Origin: Psammoneis japonica
Lineage: Eukaryota
Length of the DNA: 64,000 nucleotides
Direction: 5' to 3'
NCBI GenBank assembly: GCA_008632985.1
Contig: QPGO01000026.1
Location: forward strand, 186,001-250,000
Shown here: in pieces, positions 61,342-64,000 of the stretch
Position numbering within the stretch: position 1 is the stretch's first letter
How the letters are laid out: each line of letters opens with the position of its first letter
Notes under the pieces: model-generated
The model's database searches: none
Told to the model about the DNA's origin: nothing
Seen by the model: only the letters and a program-made list of their open reading frames with translations
Program-made: the position numbers and the translations under genes

Positions 61342-63978
61342 ATGACGATCGTTGTTTGGTACAAGCTTGACGGTGAATCGGTGGATTCCGTATCATTGCA
61401 AGATGGCGATAAGTACGCTGATTTGAAGAAAGCTGTGCGTGCGGAGTGGCCCGAATTGAAGGACATCGCCGCCGCTCGGCTCAAGGTCTTTGCTGCGGGT
61501 GCAGATCCGAACAAAGACGAGCCTCTTAGACCTGGCCTACAAGTTCCGATGGGTACAACGGATGAGAATCCTCTTATTGTGGTCACTCCACAGCAGAACG
61601 GTAAGTTGAGAGTGTGATTTCGGGATGCAGTGCGGGCATGGTTTTGTCATATTGCGCTGTATTGCGTGATGTTTGATGTTGCCACCTGCTCTCACTACAG
61701 TATTTCGTTTGTGACTCTCACAGACAAGCCACGACAACAGCATTCTCCAGGTGTCCACCTGGACCGAGCGGCTACTGGTTCTGATAGAGATCTTCTGACC
61801 GCGGCGAGTCTATCGCAGCAGCAGCAACAACAACAAAATTCACTCTCGGTACTATTCGACAATTTCCCGGCGCTAAAGGTTTCTGAATCTGATGAATCAG
61901 CTACTCCTTTGCCGTTCGTGAACCGCGAGGCAGAATGCGAGCAACTTGCCACGGTCTTACTTGCGAATTACAAGAAGCGGAATAGAAACCGAACAACGAC
62001 AACTGGTTCACAATCTCAATACCGACTCAGTCTAGCAACATCAGCGCAGATGTTTGGCGCTGGGAAATCGACTTTCGGGGCAAATTTTCTGCGTCGCTTA
62101 GATAAATTGTGTTCTCATGATTCGTTAAAGCAACGTCTTGAAACGAAATATGGTGGTGCTGCTTTTGAATGGCTCCTCGGACTTAAATATGTTGGAATCG
62201 ATTTCAGACATTTAAATGTGGCCAAGCCATTCATCGAGTCCATTCGCCTTTCTNNNNNNNNNNNNNNNNNNNNNNNNNNNNNNNNNNNNNNNNNNNNNNN
62301 NNNNNNNNNNNNNNNNNNNNNNNNNNNNNNNNNNNNNNNNNNNNNNNNNNNNNNNNNNNNNNNNNNNNNNNNNNNNNNNNNNNNNNNNNNNNNNNNNNNN
62401 NNNNNNNNNNNNNNNNNNNNNNNNNNNNNNNNNNNNNNNNNNNNNNNNNNNNNNNNNNNNNNNNNNNNNNNNNNNNNNNNNNNNNNNNNNNNNNNNNNNN
62501 NNNNNNNNNNNNNNNNNNNNNNNNNNNNNNNNNNNNNNNNNNNNNNNNNNNNNNNNNNNNNNNNNNNNNNNNNNNNNNNNNNNNNNNNNNNNNNNNNNNN
62601 NNNNNNNNNNNNNNNNNNNNNNNNNNNNNNNNNNNNNNNNNNNNNNNNNNNNNNNNNNNNNNNNNNNNNNNNNNNNNNNNNNNNNNNNNNNNNNNNNNNN
62701 NNNNNNNNNNNNNNNNNNNNNNNNNNNNNNNNNNNNNNNNNNNNNNNNNNNNNNNNNNNNNNNNNNNNNNNNNNNNNNNNNNNNNNNNNNNNNNNNNNNN
62801 NNNNNNNNNNNNNNNNNNCTTTCTTGCAAGACTCGCGGCCGTTCGTCCAATATCTGGAAGAAAATGCTAGGGCGGAGTTGAATCCGCTTTGTGGGATGAA
62901 GGAAAAACAGAAAGAGTTCTTTGTGGAATTGATTCGAGTTGCCGCCCTGTGTCTTCCTCTACGTCTCTGCACAACCATCGAAGGGCGGTTCTGGGGATTT
63001 GAAGGGGACGTCATGACGCTGGAAGTGTGTAGCGTGTTTCCCTTGTACCTACAACGCTGGGATGCCGATTACCATTTTCTGGTCATACCCCCGGTCATCT
63101 TGGACAAAGTTGCAGAGAAAAATCCAGATCCGCGGCTTCCATTTTGGAGTTCGCTGTACAATGTATGCCCAATTCAGGCGAAAGCACAGAGATCAGGTGA
63201 CTTGCTAGAGACAATGGTACAGCACATTCTTCGCTTGCGTGTGAGCGAGGAGCTCCATTTGGACCCTCGACCTCTCGGCCAGTGCCTGCCCTTCTTGGAA
63301 GGATCTATCATCGGGGAGGACACATTCCGATACGTCGACTTTAAATCATTTCCCAAAATTACGACCGTTCCAAGACCTGGAAAAACTGTCGCTGACTTGC
63401 GTAAGTTCTTCGACAACCCGTCTGCTGCTGGATTCAATGACGTCCACCCGGATGACCTTGCGAAAATAGTCGGCTTGTTTGAGAATGGAATCTTCTACGT
63501 TCCACGACCAATGTCTTCTTCTGGAGACCTGCTTTTCAGAACCGACCGTACGGATGCCATTGTCGAGATGCAGTTTAAGAACGGCAAGCAGGAGGTGAAT
63601 TCGACCATGATGGCTAAAGAGCTGCAGAAGTCGTGTTGTCACGTCAGCGAGAAGCAAGTAGTGTTTGTGATGGTCGCGCTGACAACGGACAAGACAAAAC
63701 TACCAACGGGCACAGATGTTATCGACTTAAATGGGAATACAATTGCTTGGCGTTACGAACATGGGGTGTCTTTCGGTGAAACTGTTGTCCCGTCAAATTT
63801 GGAAGTGATTGTTGTACTTGAACCTGGTCTGGTGTCATTTTTGACCGAAGCCAATGTTCAGATCCTTCGGAAAGACGGATTGGATTTAAACGACATGGCT
63901 AAGGCGACGCGGTCACCTTCAAAACGTCCTCATGACCAGTCAAAGCAAAAGGCAGATCTCTGTGCTGGAAAACAATGA
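61342..63978 (+). CDS. Crinkler/CR-type protein copy 2 (Ubl header, NTPase, REase-like)
   Basis: ATG at 61342; intron 61601-61723 restores frame; exon 2 is near-identical to copy 1. Confidence 0.72.
62254..62818. other. Assembly gap (N run)
   Basis: Run of n inside CR-type gene copy 2. Confidence 0.99.
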
Positions 63979-64000
63979 AAATGCCGCCTATCTAGCTTCT

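Overview
Eukaryotic, repeat-rich window, most likely from a diatom (GT-AG introns, a CoDi-type Copia remnant, helicase-associated HA-domain genes, an ASAFAP-like plastid signal). Host-type genes are interleaved with deeply nested mobile elements. The host-type genes are two inverted Crinkler-like Ubl-NTPase-REase paralogues, a 4.5-kb secreted vWA/Thr-Pro protein, MORN/RanBP2-ZnF, a Popeye-like protein, CCDC53-like repeats and HA-domain genes. The mobile elements are a MULE, a CRE-like LINE, a complete Ngaro/PAT-type tyrosine-recombinase retroelement, a TRIM, MITEs, Copia and pogo. Two observations stand out. (1) Transposon DNA, but not most host genes, has lost almost all TpA dinucleotides through TpA->TpG/CpA changes (A:T->G:C). 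Conserved and catalytic Tyr codons have become Cys or His in several unrelated element classes, a 'reverse-RIP'-like hypermutation layered on ordinary CpG decay. (2) A ~32.7-kb segment (8279-41014) is bounded by two ~367-bp TG...CA LTRs with a 4-bp TSD, a polypurine tract and a target palindrome that re-forms on excision. It looks like a giant non-autonomous LTR element carrying an unmutated host-type adhesin-like gene. Most short ORFs in the supplied track are artefacts of lost TAA/TAG stops. Family names come from motif recognition by eye, not database searches.
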